64,000 nt of DNA, taken from Balanoglossus misakiensis. Its lineage: Eukaryota; Animalia; Hemichordata. The stretch is taken from NCBI GenBank assembly GCA_040954595.2, contig CM082578.2:9595519-9659518 (forward strand). Reading direction: 5' to 3'. Below the pieces are notes generated by a model. The model saw only the letters and a program-made list of their open reading frames with translations, did not search any database and was not told where the DNA came from. Made by a program: the position numbers and the translations under genes. Numbering within the stretch: the first letter of the stretch is position 1; every line of letters begins with the position of its first letter. Below are positions 1 to 15,400 of the stretch, in pieces.

Positions 1-3000
1 GGGAGAAACTTCTTATCTTTGATCTGGGGGGGGATTGATACACGCCTCGTTGCTGATGATAGCCGTTTGTCATTTTCTTAAGCACCGCGGTTACGCCTGC
101 AGATTTGCCTACCAGAACTTCCTGAAAAGTTAAACGAGCAACCAATCGACCGAGGCCGTTCCACTAAAGTGCGCCCCGTTGCATGGTACGCCTATTGATG
201 CAATGGGAGGCTTACATGTCTTTTTTTTAATATTAATATAATTGGAAATGTAGAATATAAACACGGCAAATTCTTATGGAACAATAATGGCCTTTGTCAC
301 TTTTGGCAACACGTGTCGATGCATGCATCTTACTTTCGAACTGAAATCATATAATCACCCCCCCCCCCTCAAAAACATTACATAATGATGTATTATGTAG
401 AATAATCGCACTGGGTTTAATATAACGATTTCATAACCTAAAAGTATCATTGGAGGTAATGAGCCATGAACGCAATATTACAGTTTGATCCGGCTGCCAT
501 AAGGCTGTAAGATGTTTAATGGGAATCTTAAATAATCCATTCGACATGATCGATGCCTGCGAGGAAGTTCGCCAGGGTAAAGTCGAAGACCCTGGACGAT
601 TTTGTCAGATCGATAGATCCACGGAAACATTTAGATGTCGGCGGCGTTAACGTTAACATCATTACCCTACCCTCCCCCGGGGGAAACTTGGAGTATTCTA
701 TCGTAATCAAGGGACGCTTCCAACTGATCCCCCAACTGAGTCCCGACGTTCAGTTAAATTATCCGCTTTATTATAATTATCCTCTTAATTGTCTTTTTAA
801 TTGACCGTATTAATTATTGGAATGATGCTAAGTAAATCATAGTTTCAACTCTTTGCAAGGCACGGCTATCGGGTATGCTTCCGAGATCTACTTCCGTGAA
901 CACTTTATGACCAGCGCGTCGTAATCCCTATAAGTGATAGTGCGCATGCACGAGATAATTATGTTTTCTTTCAAAAATGTCCCTTATTGGCTTTCATAGA
1001 CTGTTGTGCTATGTGTGTCCACGTCTCACCAAACACAAAGACTTGTGAAAACTTCTTCTGTGTCCGGTTATCATTATGGTACCACATATGGCTGTATGTA
1101 AACCTTATTTTCAGGTCAAGTCCGAGAATGACGTCATTTGTGTTACTCTCTCTTGTGTTTGTGTTGGTATTGTGTGGAACTGTTTTAATGGAATGGACGG
1201 TTGAAAGGGAAACACGTTGTAAATTGTCTGTCACACGTTTAACACTACGAAAAATCACATCACTGGGGATTACCCATCCAAGTACGCACATTATCTGTCG
1301 TTGTAAATAAAACAGTCATAGCCCATGCTGAAATCGACCTAGATGCGCCGAAACCCGGGATGTGATCTCACTTCAAATATTGGTACATGCGATGAAAAAG
1401 CACATTAAACGCCATATGCTGTAACAGAGCCAGTCGGTGAGTCTCGCCTGTCGCTCGTAAAATTTCCATTGTCGTCTGCACTTGTCAAAATATATGGCGA
1501 CAGTTTCGCTTCGTGTGCCCGACGTCATAATTACATGATGGTTGCCGAGTGGCTTTGCGTTTCTCACTCGCTGGCTGGTGTGCCACCATGCAGCTTGACA
1601 ACACCAGTTTGTTTCACGCCGACGTGCTCTGGTATACTGGTCATTTTTTGTCATGTTATAGATTCTTTTGAAAGGCTATTTAAGTTGTTCTTCCCGTGTG
1701 CAGGGTATAAGATGGGAATGAGCATACTTCAGTGAACAGAACATATTCTATCAAAAGAGTCCAAACATAACCAAAAATATGCCAAAATACCCCTTTCACG
1801 ATGACATATCGACACTGTGATGGTTGAAACTGCTTCGATCTCAGAATTATAATTGACTGTCAAACTGGATTCGGACTCGGACTTGTGTTACCCTTTGAAC
1901 ACTTAAACCGTCTTAATCTAGAATTACCAAACATGCTTGACCGTTTGGTAGATGAACTTTAATGTTAACATCATGTAGCTTCTATACCTTTAGGGCCCAA
2001 AGAGTGAGCCAGGGGCTCATTTCAGAACTCTATAATCACAGTCGCAAAATGTTTTCTTCTTTCTCTCTCTCTTTTCCCGTGACAGCATTAAAAGATTTTG
2101 ACGTCATAGCTCCCAGACTCGGAATAATTATAATTGATTTTACTTGAGAGGTATTTGTTTTTTTAAACTACATCGACAAAGCAAATAATAAGTATACATT
2201 CATTTCTGTTTCACAAAAGCATTCGTATACATGTAAGGAACTCTGCCATATTTTTTTCATCCTAGGGTAATTATAATACATGTTTTCTATTATATGTAAC
2301 CATATGACGATCTTTGTTTATTTTGCTTATTGTTTTCGTCTGTGAACGGAGCGGCCGCTTATGGGTCACAGGTTTGTTGACTTCAGTATGTTTCCAGGTA
2401 AATCATTAGATTTTCTTAGAAGTAATTCGAGGTATAGTTTGAACAACAAAGCGTAATCGAGTCTAGGCAAAAAACGACAGATATTTGCACAATGCTAATC
2501 TGCCATCGACTGTTTTCAAAGAAACCCATTCGACGTGCGTAAGCGTTTTTTTTATGCGTAGGTGGTTGAATGTGCGCACAGGCGTTCGATATGAACAAAA
2601 TACGTATATCAAAAGACTCTGATACTGGCTTGAAGTGACACAAGAGAGAGAAATGTCACTCTCGTTATTTGCCGTGTATCGACTCCTTTTCGATAGCAGA
2701 GCAATTGTGAGCCCGATGACGCAAGCAAGTGACGCATTTTGCAGAGAGAACCCATACGGCATCTATATTTCTTACAGATTTTGCTGACAAGTGTTTTTTT
2801 CTCGAAATTTCGTCGAACTCTGTTCACAGTACCCTCAGGCTACCTGGGATATACGTTATTTTGTCGTGCGACGCTTAGGCGCATTTCATAAACTTGCATG
2901 TGTGAAGGTGTAACTCTAAAAAGTCGTGTGTCGCCTGTCTCCGATAAAAGCCGTCTTGTCGACCTCTTAAAATATTAAAGAGGTTGAATAATCATCACCT

Positions 3001-5923
3001 CTTCTGTACGACATGCGCAAATCTCAGAAATATAGATATCAAATTTAGAAACACGTGGCTTTTTTGATCTACCTCATATAAATGGTCAATTGAGATTCTT
3101 TCTTAAAAAGTGCCTTTAAAGCTATTTCCCTGTTGTTGTAAGGTGTTTATTCGTTTGTTTGTTTGTTGTGTGTGACAGACATACAGACAGACAGAGATGA
3201 GAGAGAGAGAGAGACCAGTCTTAATATTCTGAAAACTGCAATCTTCAACAGTTACATCAAATAGCGAATTGTTTCCTTGTTATCTGATCTCCCATTCTAC
3301 ACCACTATCTTCCATGATTGCGAATTCTAAGCAGGCACTTAAACACGTCTGATGAACAGGTAAATCGCCCATTAAACGCCAATTACGGAGTTCTTATGAC
3401 GAGGAATATCAAACCGTGCCATCTCCACTGGGATCAGTTTTGACCCACCAAATTGACAATCTAAACATATTCCGGCCACCTTAGGCACCCTTGATTAGAG
3501 GCTTGGATCGACAAGCTTAATTGTTCCCCGGGGGACATTTTGAGCCGCGGTGTGCGCAATGGCCGATTTGTACAATGGTCTGACCATCCCTGTGATGCAG
3601 CGAACTTTCTTGGTTTACGATGCCAACGTACAATTACGCTAATGGATCAAAATATCCCTTGCCGTGACATCTTCTTAATAGAATTTCGCCTTGTAATTTT
3701 AGGACGATGCCGCCCTGCATCGTAATGGCATTCACAAACCTCATAGTGTTCGGACACGCAATCGAGTTCATAATTATATCGTTCTATTGAACGACGACGT
3801 TATGTTGTTTTATAATGGACACTGTCGATTTTCAACGTTAATACCTCACTCCTGGAACCGATTACGTCAACGCATCTCTGATCTCTTACTAAGCCACCCA
3901 AACTTTTACATTAAACTTCTCAGTCGCGTTGAAAAAAACAAGCAGGTGCAGCAATAAACAAGGGTTTATCCACGAATTGTATTCATACGCAGTACATCAG
4001 TATGCTCTCAATCACGTGACTTTTGGTGGGAATCCATGGGTAAATACAGAAAACTAAGGACATACAGCAGCGACGCTTTCATTAATTCACTAAGTTTGTT
4101 TTTCCAAGAGCGTGTGCGCTTCCCAGTTCGAAGCCACTGTTTGCCCATTTGAACACCATGTATCGATCAAATCTGACGAAATCAAACAAAAGACTGTCTC
4201 CATTACCTGAGCTGCATTGCACTGGAGTAGATCTAAAATACCTCCCTACCTACATACATACATACCTACATACTGTACAAACTGACACAATCTGCCGCTA
4301 ATTCGAGTGAATGGGATTAAACAAATCGATGACAAGTCTCAGAGTTGAGTCAGCCCTGAACAATGCAATCCTGAATACAACGGTGTGAGCGCTGATAATC
4401 GTGTCTGGGGGCCGCGTATATCGGCTTTTGGCCATCTCATTAACCATAGAACCTCGAGAAACGAGGGTCTACGTCTCAACTAAGACGCTCTGCAGGGGAA
4501 TAATATTGTTCAGCGGTATTTTCCCCCATGCAAATGAACACGATTGAGCCACGCCACTATCTCAGGTTGCAACACCCCTCAGGATTACGTACCAACTGGC
4601 TTTAACCGTGTAAACGGAATGTCAGTATGGGTGTGACCATAGAAAGTAGAGGTGTGACCGACACTAGCTGTGTGACTTATTGAAATTTCTGGTGAGTTAC
4701 GCTCTTTTTTTAAATGTTGGCGTCAAACACTCCCGGGGCCGTAGTCAGGGTTGATTGTTATCCACTGCAACTGCGTTATTTATAAGAATATCAGTTTTAG
4801 CGAAAGCTGCGAAAATTTGGCTTTCCCCAGAAGAGCCAGGCAATAAAACGGATAAGGGGGGTATAAGCAAATACAGCGGTACAGTATCGATTCGCTGTTT
4901 GACAACAAAGCAAGGCTACTGTGAGATAGTCAACTCTCTCGTAGGATGAAACAAGAATGTAGGTTTTGGATCTTTACACCGTTTACTTTATACCTACATG
5001 TACGATCCACTAGGGGTGTTATCTGACGTCTACAGCAAACTACAGGCCTTTCTCAACCACCTGTCCGAGTGCGTTCACGCGTTCTGTCTAGGACAGTGAC
5101 TGTCGACCTGGTCTCATCACAGTCCGTGTTCTAATAAAAAAATGTCTGATTGAAAAGCTCCCTCCACTGCGCGCCTATGCTGCACGGCCGAAAAAAAATG
5201 ATATTTTTAAGAATCGTGAATAACAATATATAAATGTTTACACAGACTGTGGTTGAATTTGGAGTTACATTTCGCTGGCCAGCTAGAAGATAAACAGCTG
5301 CGCCTTTTGGTGGAAATGTCAGAGCAACTTTCTATAGAATATCCATTCATTTCCCTGTAATGCATGTCGCGTGACTGCTCGTCCGTCACAGCGCTTGACG
5401 TTCTCATTTCGCGTTTGTTTGCCTTGCCGTCAGTCGTAATTCCCGCCTCCCTCTCCGACGACACGTACCCCGAAGTGTCGTCAGGTGTTCCCTGTTTACA
5501 GTTCAACAGTTATATCCACACGAAGTAAAATGAGACAGCTTTCTCGATAGCTTCAAAATAAACACCGGCCGGTTGAAAAGGGTAATTCGGGCATCCTGCA
5601 TCGTGTCACGGTGATCGTTTTTTTTCTGCTGCGGTGCGAAACATGGCGCGTTTCCTGTCGTCGGCAGCGTCATCATTCAGACTTTGTGGAAACCACGTCT
5701 CCTTGGCAACGACACGTCTGCACTCCGCATACACTACACCAGAAACCCGAGGGATGGAGGCAGTAAGAGACAGACGCCGCGCAATTACACGTTTCTCTAA
5801 TAACGTTCAAACATTTACACTGAGGGTTATGCATTCGTTACAGTTTAGAATCCGCTTCATTGATAATCATTATTTGGGTGTAGTGATTTCACGAATCGCA
5901 AAGTTTGTCCACAAGACCTTGCG

Positions 5924-6130
5924 TTAAGGCAGTACGCGCCTCGGGACAGTTTTTTTAGAAGAAAAAATGATAGTCGTCCAAACCTTTGCTATATTGAAAG
6001 AGTTCGGGGAGTCTTCTGAAAACAAAGAAGAACACAGAGTGTCCATCGTCTTGTTTTCATCATTAAAATCACTACTTTAATTCGTCTCCATAGAGTTAAT
6101 GCAGAGATTGGCTGTCATTTTGAATTTAAG
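5924..6130. mobile_element. Degenerate non-autonomous DNA transposon fragment
   Basis: Begins TTAAGGCAGTACGCGCCTCGGGACAG, sharing the terminal motif with 50658 (TAAGGTAGTAGGCGCCTCG). The right boundary is approximate. Confidence 0.4.
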
Positions 6131-7711
6131 GCACCAGACAAATGAAATACAAGGAAGCGTAGCCGTTCATCGTCTGGAACTTGAATCCTCAAACGAGATA
6201 TAGGTCACGAAAACACATGCCCCGGGCGTTTCTCAAGAAGAAGTCACGCGGCATATTCACGTACTAGTAGGCCTATATGTAAAATGCCCATAAGGGTGGG
6301 AGCTGCTGGTCTTACAATGCACTTTTTTAAACGCACGCTCATCACTCACTTCGAGTGGCTCACATAAGACCTGGGCCGCCAGAAAACAACAATATTAATG
6401 AAAGAAGTTATGGATTTCGTGGTTGAGTCGAGACTAGACCAATGTTGACTGTCAGGGCGACAGAGCGGAACTTGAACACCGCGCTCACTGATCACGTGTA
6501 GTAATTATCATGAGCTTTTTCAAACTCATTCATCGATTCAATATACATGTACACAAGTGGTGACGATTTACCCTCTTTTGAGAAGAAGACGCGACGAAAT
6601 AAAGGAAACAAGCTGTATCTCTTAAGCTTGTCTGAAAAGGACTACAGCGCGTATCTAATAGACACATTACTAGGACAACGGCAGATCGCGACAATAGCTG
6701 TCATTAAATCCAGTAGACAAAAATGTGACCGATTCAAGTTGGAGAAAATGTTTGTGTGCAGAAATGGTATACAGTCAACCCACGGTAGTTCTACGGTCAG
6801 CGAAAATGAATTGATGTACAACAGCTGCTATACCATGCACATTATACTGGAGATCAAGCCAGTCATACATTTTCACTTGAGTCACGCGATAAAATGTGCA
6901 TCATGAATTTCAGAGAGCGTCTCTTTTACACGTCTTACACACAAGGCCACCTGCATACATCCTTTAAATTCGTAAAAATGTTTTTGTCAAGGTACATCTT
7001 TACGGGCGTAACCCACAAACAAGTAAGCTTAATCATTCCCCCGATCCAAATAATTAGCAGGCCAACTAATTAGTAGGCAATTCTCTCAATTGGTGTGGGA
7101 CTAATAATGACATTAGGTTTCGAATTTCCTTTTGAATTATACAGTGATACGTAGGCGTTTTCTCAAGTCTTTTTTTTTTATTATTTGTTGTTTTTGCTCC
7201 AGTGATTCCCTGGGTGCGCAAAGCGTGTATAACTTGTATTGGATTTAGGCATACCTCAAACAGTAGGCTTAAAACGTGTCTTTGTCGTAAGCAAACGGGG
7301 ATGATTGATGGACATGATATGTATAATCCTTATTCTGGTAAAAGAAAACAAGAAATCTCGCGAATGGGCAAGTCTAATATCGCGAAACGCGAATCTATCG
7401 TGCCTCTTAATACACTCTTCTTCGGACATATAAAGTACACACTCATGCCTCGTATATATGAGAAGCTGTTGAAACCCCCATTAAAGATTGAACAGTTTCA
7501 GAAACAGAACCATGAAACATTGTCACATATGGACATCTCTATTTAAAGCACCTGACGTTCACCGTGGTTTAAAATATCTTTGGTCGCCGCTTTGCTGACG
7601 TTGTTGGCTAATTTCTAAAAAAACAGGACGTCACTAGCTATTTGCATAATTGTGTCACGACCACTGATCTTTCAAATTACAAATTCTGCACGACGTTTCT
7701 TCTTGTTTCAG

Positions 7712-7870
7712 AGTCGTTGACGGGACCGTTGGGATATCGACGTCAGCAAAGCATCGATCGTCTACAACCGGGTTGTATCGCATCGCTTGTGCGACGAACA
7801 GGAAAACCGAGTTTACACAAGGAGCTGGCCTTCATTTGAACAGGGGTGGACAATCCGGCCTCACAATGCA
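7712..7870 (+). other. Candidate non-coding (5'UTR) exon, probably of the downstream GPCR or a lncRNA
   Basis: Strong acceptor tttcttcttgtttcag (ends 7711) and donor GCA|GTAAGT (7870/7871). No convincing coding frame. Confidence 0.4.
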
Positions 7871-10800
7871 GTAAGTGAGAACACCATCAATCATATTCGA
7901 CCATTGCGTGTGGGGATTTTTTTTGTAGCAAGGAAATTTACCGCTGGTGATTTGCGTTTTGGGGGGAAATTTAGAACAAAATATAATACGCATAAATCCG
8001 GCATTTAGTCAGTCTAGACATTTCAACACTGTGAATTGAATTCATTAAATCGAACGGAAAAATGTGCTTTATCGGAAACGCGTTCCGAAGAAACGGTTCA
8101 GCAGCCCGAACTCAAACTTTGACAGGTTTCGCCAATCGCCACATTCGTGTCTGAGGCCAATGAAGTAGCACTACATGTATATACTAAAATCGCCCGTCAA
8201 TTGGTACAGTGGCGCAAACATCATCGGCCTCGGTGACAAAATTACACGCGGGCAAGTACTCTTGACCCCGCGATCGCCATCATCCTGAAGTTTAAAATAC
8301 CGTTTTCCCCATTTAGACTGGCTAGCTCAACAGGTGGTTGAATGTATGTGTCGTCTAGACCAATGCATTGTGAGCATACCAATATATGGCTGGCAAATTG
8401 TGCGAACTGTGGACATCACTTCCATAATCTTTTACATCAAAATAACATGATAAATACACTACTAGTTTCCTGTATTCACCAACAAATGCTGCAGTGAGAA
8501 TTGTTGTGTTTTTAAAAGGTATACCTCACTACGTAGTCGTTTTTGGAACTGCGCGTGCGCGAGTTTCCCTTTGACAGATATCACCATTTTCTCCGATATT
8601 TATGACTTAAACTCACGATTTTGATAATGCGTCAGTAATTAATGTTTGCCACGTAAACTCGGATTCAGACTCGAGCAAATAAGTGATTAACCGGGAAGGG
8701 GTAAACTTTGGTTGATATTTCGCGAAAAAATATGCAAAGTATGCAGGCTTGTACTATTATCACATATTATGACACATCGCGGATCGTTTGTGTCGATGTA
8801 TCATAGACATTTGTAATATTGCCGTTTCACATGATACAGATGAACTGTGCAGCGACGGAATGACAGACAGGAGTGGTCAATGGTTTAATCAAATAGGGGA
8901 TGGAAAAATTCCCATAAAATATGATTAAAGCGTAGAGGACAAAAATGGGTCTCCTTGGATGGTTATACATTGTATGCGTGAATCGAAATTCTCTCAATAA
9001 AGCTTCGTGAATTTAGTCATCTATACCAAATCTATTCCAGCCTTGATTAGTACAAAAAAACGTTGACATGGAGTTCAATGACCTCTGTGTCGAGAAGAGG
9101 GGGCATCTATTTCAGATGATTCAGTATTTGAAATTGGTTGTCAGAAAACCAACACACGCGCGTGCGCACATCCATGCAGTCGAACGCACAGCGAGGGCCT
9201 AAGGGCTAATACACCCCCTACTCACACAAGTTCAATTGTCATGAACAACATCACTTTCTGATGAACTGTTCCTGAAATTGGATTTTAAATCGCACTGCGA
9301 GTGGGCCTTATTGTTTCGTGACCGTACGTTAAATTTGTAATATTGTGTAATAAAGTCCCACGTTGACAACAACGACATGACTAATTGCAGTGACATTATA
9401 CGCATTATCCCCATATGCGATATGTTACACTAATTCTGGCTCGTTGATGTACTTGTACTTGAACTAAATTATTCCACCCACATTCATAATTAGTTCGTTC
9501 TGTGTGGGTTTTATTTTTGTGTCTAGAACTGCAATTAATTTAGCCACTACATCATGGCTTCCGTAAGAAAGGTTAAACCATAGCTCGCATCAGAATCAGC
9601 TCATACAACTGCTCGTTATGTCGTTACAAAATGGCGGCGGGTAAAAAACGACCCGGGAATGCCAAACCACCCAACGAACTACAGTTATGCATGTGTTTTG
9701 GGCCCTATTTTCTGATCAAGCTTGAATTCTGGCGAAATAAACTGTTACAGTATTGCCAAGAGAGATAAACTCTTGAAATCGGTGTCATGTAATTCAAGTG
9801 CCCTGAGTATCCATACATATTGATTTTCCGTCAGTGTTTGCTGAAATAATTGGCGATTTCCTTTAAAGCTTAAATGTCTTCAACATTGAAGTATGGATCT
9901 TAATAAGTGTGCCCGGCCTGTAATTTTCATTTTCAACTTAGGCGCATAGTTTTCGAGATGTTTTGAATGAGCTTCTGAAACGACTTTATTAAAGACAGAG
10001 TGGTCAGTGTCACATTTCAAGAAAGGGCTCTGTACATCCTGACATTTACGGGGTGATAATTATTATTATCACATAATTGTTCTGAAATCCGATAATTGCA
10101 AATCAGGAAGTCGCTGGAACAATGTCACTTAGTGAATTGGACAAAACTCTACGTAAACTCCCAATGGTACGTTGTCCGTGACAATGAAAGCGAAGCGAAC
10201 CGGAACAAGCAGGCGTACTGCGGCTGGTCCCCACTCACAAGCGCGACACGTCGGTACCAACTGATCGTGAAAATTGTCACCAAGCCATCGTATGGATTTA
10301 GATCGTTTGTTTTTCTTATACACACTTGATAATTAAGATTGAGAAATAAATTTTAAACATTCACGTCGCCTAAAAAATGAATATTGCATCGCTCGAAAAT
10401 CTCCCGCTTCCAATGCTTAATACGTTATCCAAACATGTGGTGGGTAACTCGAACTGCTCCTTAGAATTCCCGCCACAGGACAATGCTATAGACCTCTATT
10501 ATGGGACACCTCCCAATTTCAAACTACAGCGTCATTATACAAAGTGGTCAAATCCCTGCAGACACCGTCTGTTGTGCGAATTGCCAGTTTATTACGCTTT
10601 GGTACGCAAACACACTGAATGAAACTTACGCGGTTGGGTACCTTATCGATCTGGAAAACATCTCGCTGTCTCTTCCACCTACGATTTTTTACGCCATCCT
10701 TCTTTGTATTTCCCTGTTGGAACAGTTATCCTTTCATTCATTCCAACACTTTTGACATAACGGAGAAAGTAAAAGCCTATAATCATTTTGCCGTGTCGAG

Positions 10801-11839
10801 GTGTAAAAAGCGCCCCCAGCGCCGCCACGGAAAGGACATGTCTCGTGTACGGTACTATACTATACATTAAATGTACTTCGTTTACCATGATTCATCCAAG
10901 CCAATATTCCCCGTGGTGGCGGCCATATCGTCTGTGTGGTCTGCAAGCGGGCCGTGCCGTGAGGCTTTGCTTTTATTCACGCACGGTTCCATGACAGTGC
11001 ATCAACAGATATGCAACGAATGTCGTGTCTGTCAGATGACCTTGAATGTGTGAGTTGATGCCGCACGCGAGACTTTTTGTCCTGTCCATATCCCGTCATG
11101 CGTTGCCTCCATCGGTATTCAGGCCCCTCCCCGTCCGTTGATTTGAAACGTGCGCTGTGAGGGAGGCTTGAAAATAGAGAGAAATTACTCGAGTGGCCCT
11201 GCGGTACGTTGTACGCCCTCCCCCCCCCCCCCCACGCCGCGGATGCCGGGTAAATGTGACAGAGTTATCAATGTGTTGTTGCGAAACATGTATTTAAGTA
11301 TTTACGCAATACGGTCCCGGCTCAAAATACATTTAAATATAGACTAATAGTTCAATTTGTGTTGACGGCAGCCGGGATGTCTCCGGTCCGGCCTGCTGTT
11401 ACGAGATCAGCTGTTTTGGCTAGGGCTGCCAAGGCCGATTTGCCCCAATACACGTTTGACTTCTTATCCACCCTGACGTTCATACCTAATATCAATAAAT
11501 TCGCGTGTTTCAAAAATTCGAGTGACACTGTATAATATCGGGCCTTACCTCGTTAAAAGTCAATTCAAGAAAACTGGAGAGTACGCATGCGTGTAACAGT
11601 CCGTCGTTTCTCGATATCATTCCGGGAGCATCTGTCACTAAGCTCCGTGTCGGTTATTCGGCAGCATCCTTTTCTCGCTGTCTACCGATGGTATTACCGC
11701 GCGTGCCAGAGAAACAACAATTAACAGCTGGGATGGGTATGCGACCGTAGCATCGGGCGAACGAAACTGTTACCGTCGCGACCGATGTGGACGTAAGCTT
11801 CTGTGTGATCTCCAAGTTTGTTAGGCCCTGTTGGCTGTC

Positions 11840-12054
11840 GTCATTCTGACAGGAACGGCGAAAAAACTCCATACCTGCCGTCGGTGGTGTTGTTTGGCAA
11901 AACACGGTCGAGTATACGTATTCGACACACCTTCGCTGAGTATGTATCCTGATTGTTCTTGATTTAGCTGGATTTGCCGGCGGGTGAACTGTCCATTTTT
12001 AAGCGGAAATCCGTCATGTTGTTTTCCTAGTCCGGAATATTAGACTGGCGTCAG
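11840..12054 (+). other. Candidate alternative 5'UTR exon ending at a consensus donor
   Basis: CAG|GTGAGT at 12054/12055 at the end of a CpG-rich stretch. The left boundary is unknown; an acceptor at 12030 would give a 24-nt microexon. Confidence 0.3.
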
Positions 12055-12386
12055 GTGAGTATCATACTTAGCCCCCCCCCCCCCCCTCATTTCGCCTTTC
12101 GTTAGGCATAGTCAGCGGGGAACTTAGTTACGTAACAGTTCAAGCCATCTACTACGCGACCTGTGTAGAGCGATGGAATAGTCTTTACGGCTCTAAAACG
12201 GAGACCTTTTATCCGTATCGTTTTGCAGAGCAAAGGGACACACCGCGTTTTTATGATCAATGCACGTGCGAATGTTACAAAATTCGCCGCTATACAAGAA
12301 CAGGCGCATAAACCACAGCGATCGGTTAGCTTCATTTGCTTCTGTCATACGAATGAATAGCTGCTGTTTTTGCGATGACACATCAA

Positions 12387-12387
12387 T

Positions 12388-12421
<34 letters not shown>

Positions 12422-12452
12422 CGAGTCTCTCTCTCGCCCCCTTCTCTCTCTC
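12387..12452 (+). repeat. Imperfect (CT)n microsatellite
   Basis: Read directly from the sequence. Similar CT/GA tracts occur at about 3195-3214 and 44141-44195. Confidence 0.85.
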
Positions 12453-15400
12453 TAAACTCAAACAAAGCTTAAGCTTGTGTTCGCATTTTTGCAATGACAT
12501 CTCGTTTTTTTCGAAAGGGTACGCTGGCATTTGTAGCAGGCTGTAAAAAAGTTTGCCCCGGGGGATCTAACTATTATCTCCGTCATTACTTAATATTTTG
12601 GAGATTTAATTCTGTGGTCGATCAATAGTCGTCACGTGTCATCCATGCCGACTTGTCGGGCGTTTGATCGTGATGGCAAGAAGTACAGCCGACGCGACTA
12701 TCGGATGTTTTCCTACGTGCGAGTTGTGCTTAGGTTTTACTGTACATTATACCGTGGATGTGGTATGATACCACCACATCCATGATTTACCGAGCTCGCG
12801 CATCTTAGCTTCAATCGCATATCTCAGACCCTACAAATGTACGTGCGCATCGCCTTTGCCTTATTCGCGCGATCGTCTTCCTAAACGCGATTGGCCAATC
12901 CGCAATGACTGGCGGTGTCATCGCTACATTTTATCAGATGATGGCCATTTCCATGGCAGCGTATTTGTTCAGCCGACAACCAACCACACCAGGAGATCAA
13001 CGCTCCTGTACATCAAAATTCTATCAAGACCTCCAGTTTCGATATAGGCCAGGTAATTGCACTGGGTCTTGCATATCACGAATGGGAGGTGGTAAACATT
13101 CAGGCAGTTTCAGGGTCCTCGTAGCAGAGACTGCAGTAGAAAAAGCTATCTATGATAGTATAAACCAGTTTTATACTAATGCACTGACAGCCACCGAAAC
13201 GGCTCACTACTTATACAGTGCGTTCCGTAGCCCGAGGCAAAAAAATTCACGGAAACTGAAGAGCAAATTTGCCAATAACATATCGCGCACATGGTACATG
13301 TACAGTGTTCCTTCTGTAAGTTGCAAGATAGTAGGAAGAAATGTATTCATCAGTAATTTGTACTTTATACCGAGCTCCCCGTGGTACTAAAATCCGAAAT
13401 GTGTCGTAAATCATGGCGTACTCAATCTTTCACAAATTGTCGTGCAGTACACTAACCGTTCAACTGAACTAGTCTGGCCTAATGTAACCCGCTTGGCATG
13501 ACGCGTATAGGGCGCCCACCTGATTTTTTTCCGTTGGTTGTTTTTATCAAAGTGTGAGCAAAAGTTGAAGATCTGTATACCTTTGCATTTTTATCACTCG
13601 GCGACCATTGACAGAGTTATGTGAGTGGTTTTAGTGTACATGTACATGTATGTTGCTGTCACGTTCACTGAATCATTAGTAGGCTACAGTGTGTGATGAC
13701 GAAAGCCTACAAAACCACTATGTCATAAACGCGGAAAACACATCACAATTATATCTTGGACAGGCAGCTGGAACTTGTCCTATTTTCGTGAAAGAAATAC
13801 GCTTCTGTTACCTATTTTCAACACCTTGCTACTTAAAACCAAATCGAGATTTGGCTACGTTGGCAAGGGCACGCACTGCCGAGATCTCGTTAAACGGAGG
13901 CTGCGCATGCGTTGTCTTATAGTGGCGTCTTCCGGGTTTGATTCGCGGAACTACCTGAATGACAATGAGGACATGTTATTAACACCACGGATGGCATCTA
14001 TCAGTGGTGTCCGTTTCAACAGGGTATTCTTCTTTAATGGCATCAATTTTTCCAACGGTTCATTAATGATAGCGGGCTTTAATGAGAGTAATTGCGTTCA
14101 ATATCGGAGAGATCTGCACGTCGGTGTTCGGTTGACAAGCGCGGAGATAAAAGTCCATGTTATCAGGGGGGAAAAAACTCCTATAGTTTCGTGATGATGC
14201 CCGGCTGAACGCCATCGATCCAGCTACCGACAATGGTATCACTGCAGCTATGTTATACACCGGGACGCGTATTAGCAGAGCTGAGTTAAATACTTAGCAA
14301 CTTAGTTTTCTCGTTCAAATACTTCTATCGACAAATCGTTGGAAAAAATCTTAATGTTAACTGTATTCATACTTCATTGAATTTTATTTTGTTTTGTTTT
14401 AAACTTAATACAATATATGTCTGTTGTTCGATCAATTAGAATATTGTTCTTGTAATTTCTCATCTGAACGACACAGTTTCATTGAACAAAGTAGTTTGAG
14501 CGAAAGTTTCAAAGTGTGATGTTTTGGCGCTAACCGAGCATCGCGTGCAGCTCATGTTTAGCGGCCTAATTGTAAGTCCCCAGTGACGGCAACTCAGGTA
14601 AGCAAAGTAGTTTAACATGAGCACGCTTCCCTAGCTACCACACATTAGGCTGTGTGCACATTTTTTTTCAATGTCTCGCGTAATAGGATTTATTTACGTA
14701 AATGCAATCGATGTTACGAATATTAAATATTACTGTTACTAGTTTACTTACTGTCAACGGTCTAAGAAACAAAACCATCGAAGGTGACTTTTCGTTGTCA
14801 CGCATGGCGCATCAAATCGCTTATGAATACATTTTCAAGCTATTTTTAATTTGTCAGCTGACGATCAGTCACGACAGCGACGAGCGAACCACGCCAGTGT
14901 CAGTGACGTCATAAGTGACATCTGGTGGGAAAAGTGGCGTCATAGGTGTGACATCCGCGGGGTTGGCCCCCGCCTTCCCCAATTGTGCTTCGTACAAGAT
15001 AAATGCCGCGAAGTTGGTTTAACCAAGCATTCAATGTTTCCCCGGCAATACATATACTGCTTGAATTTCCAGTACACTACAGCGGAAACTATCTCTGATG
15101 GAAAGAGGGATCGATCCCCTTAGTTAAACATGTAAACGGCTTCCGAGAAAGTTTTAGCCCAAGGGAAAGTCTTATTTTCGTCCATACAAACAAATAGAAA
15201 ATACAAATCGGAGGGTAACCGTTTTAAGCCAAGAAAGACAGGGAAATGATATCAAATCCGATAAAACATGATATAGGTACATCGACAGCCAGATTTTAAT
15301 CCGGCCACAATGTATGTAGCTCAGTGGTTAAAATTTTCGCTGTACACTACAACTAAGTTTCTGTTTCATTTACATTAGAAAATGGCAAACCACGGAAAGT

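Noticed and set aside
4207-4232. Possible 26-nt minus-strand microexon (ttttag|...CAG|gtaatg)
   Set aside because: Very short pyrimidine tract and no partner exons identified.
12755-12782. Small hairpin TGGATGTGG...CCACATCCA
   Set aside because: A 9-bp stem in 64 kb is plausible by chance; no supporting context.
15315-15345. GTAGCTCAGTGGTT, resembling a tRNA/SINE A-box
   Set aside because: No B-box (GTTCRA) or cloverleaf follows; at most a decayed SINE head.
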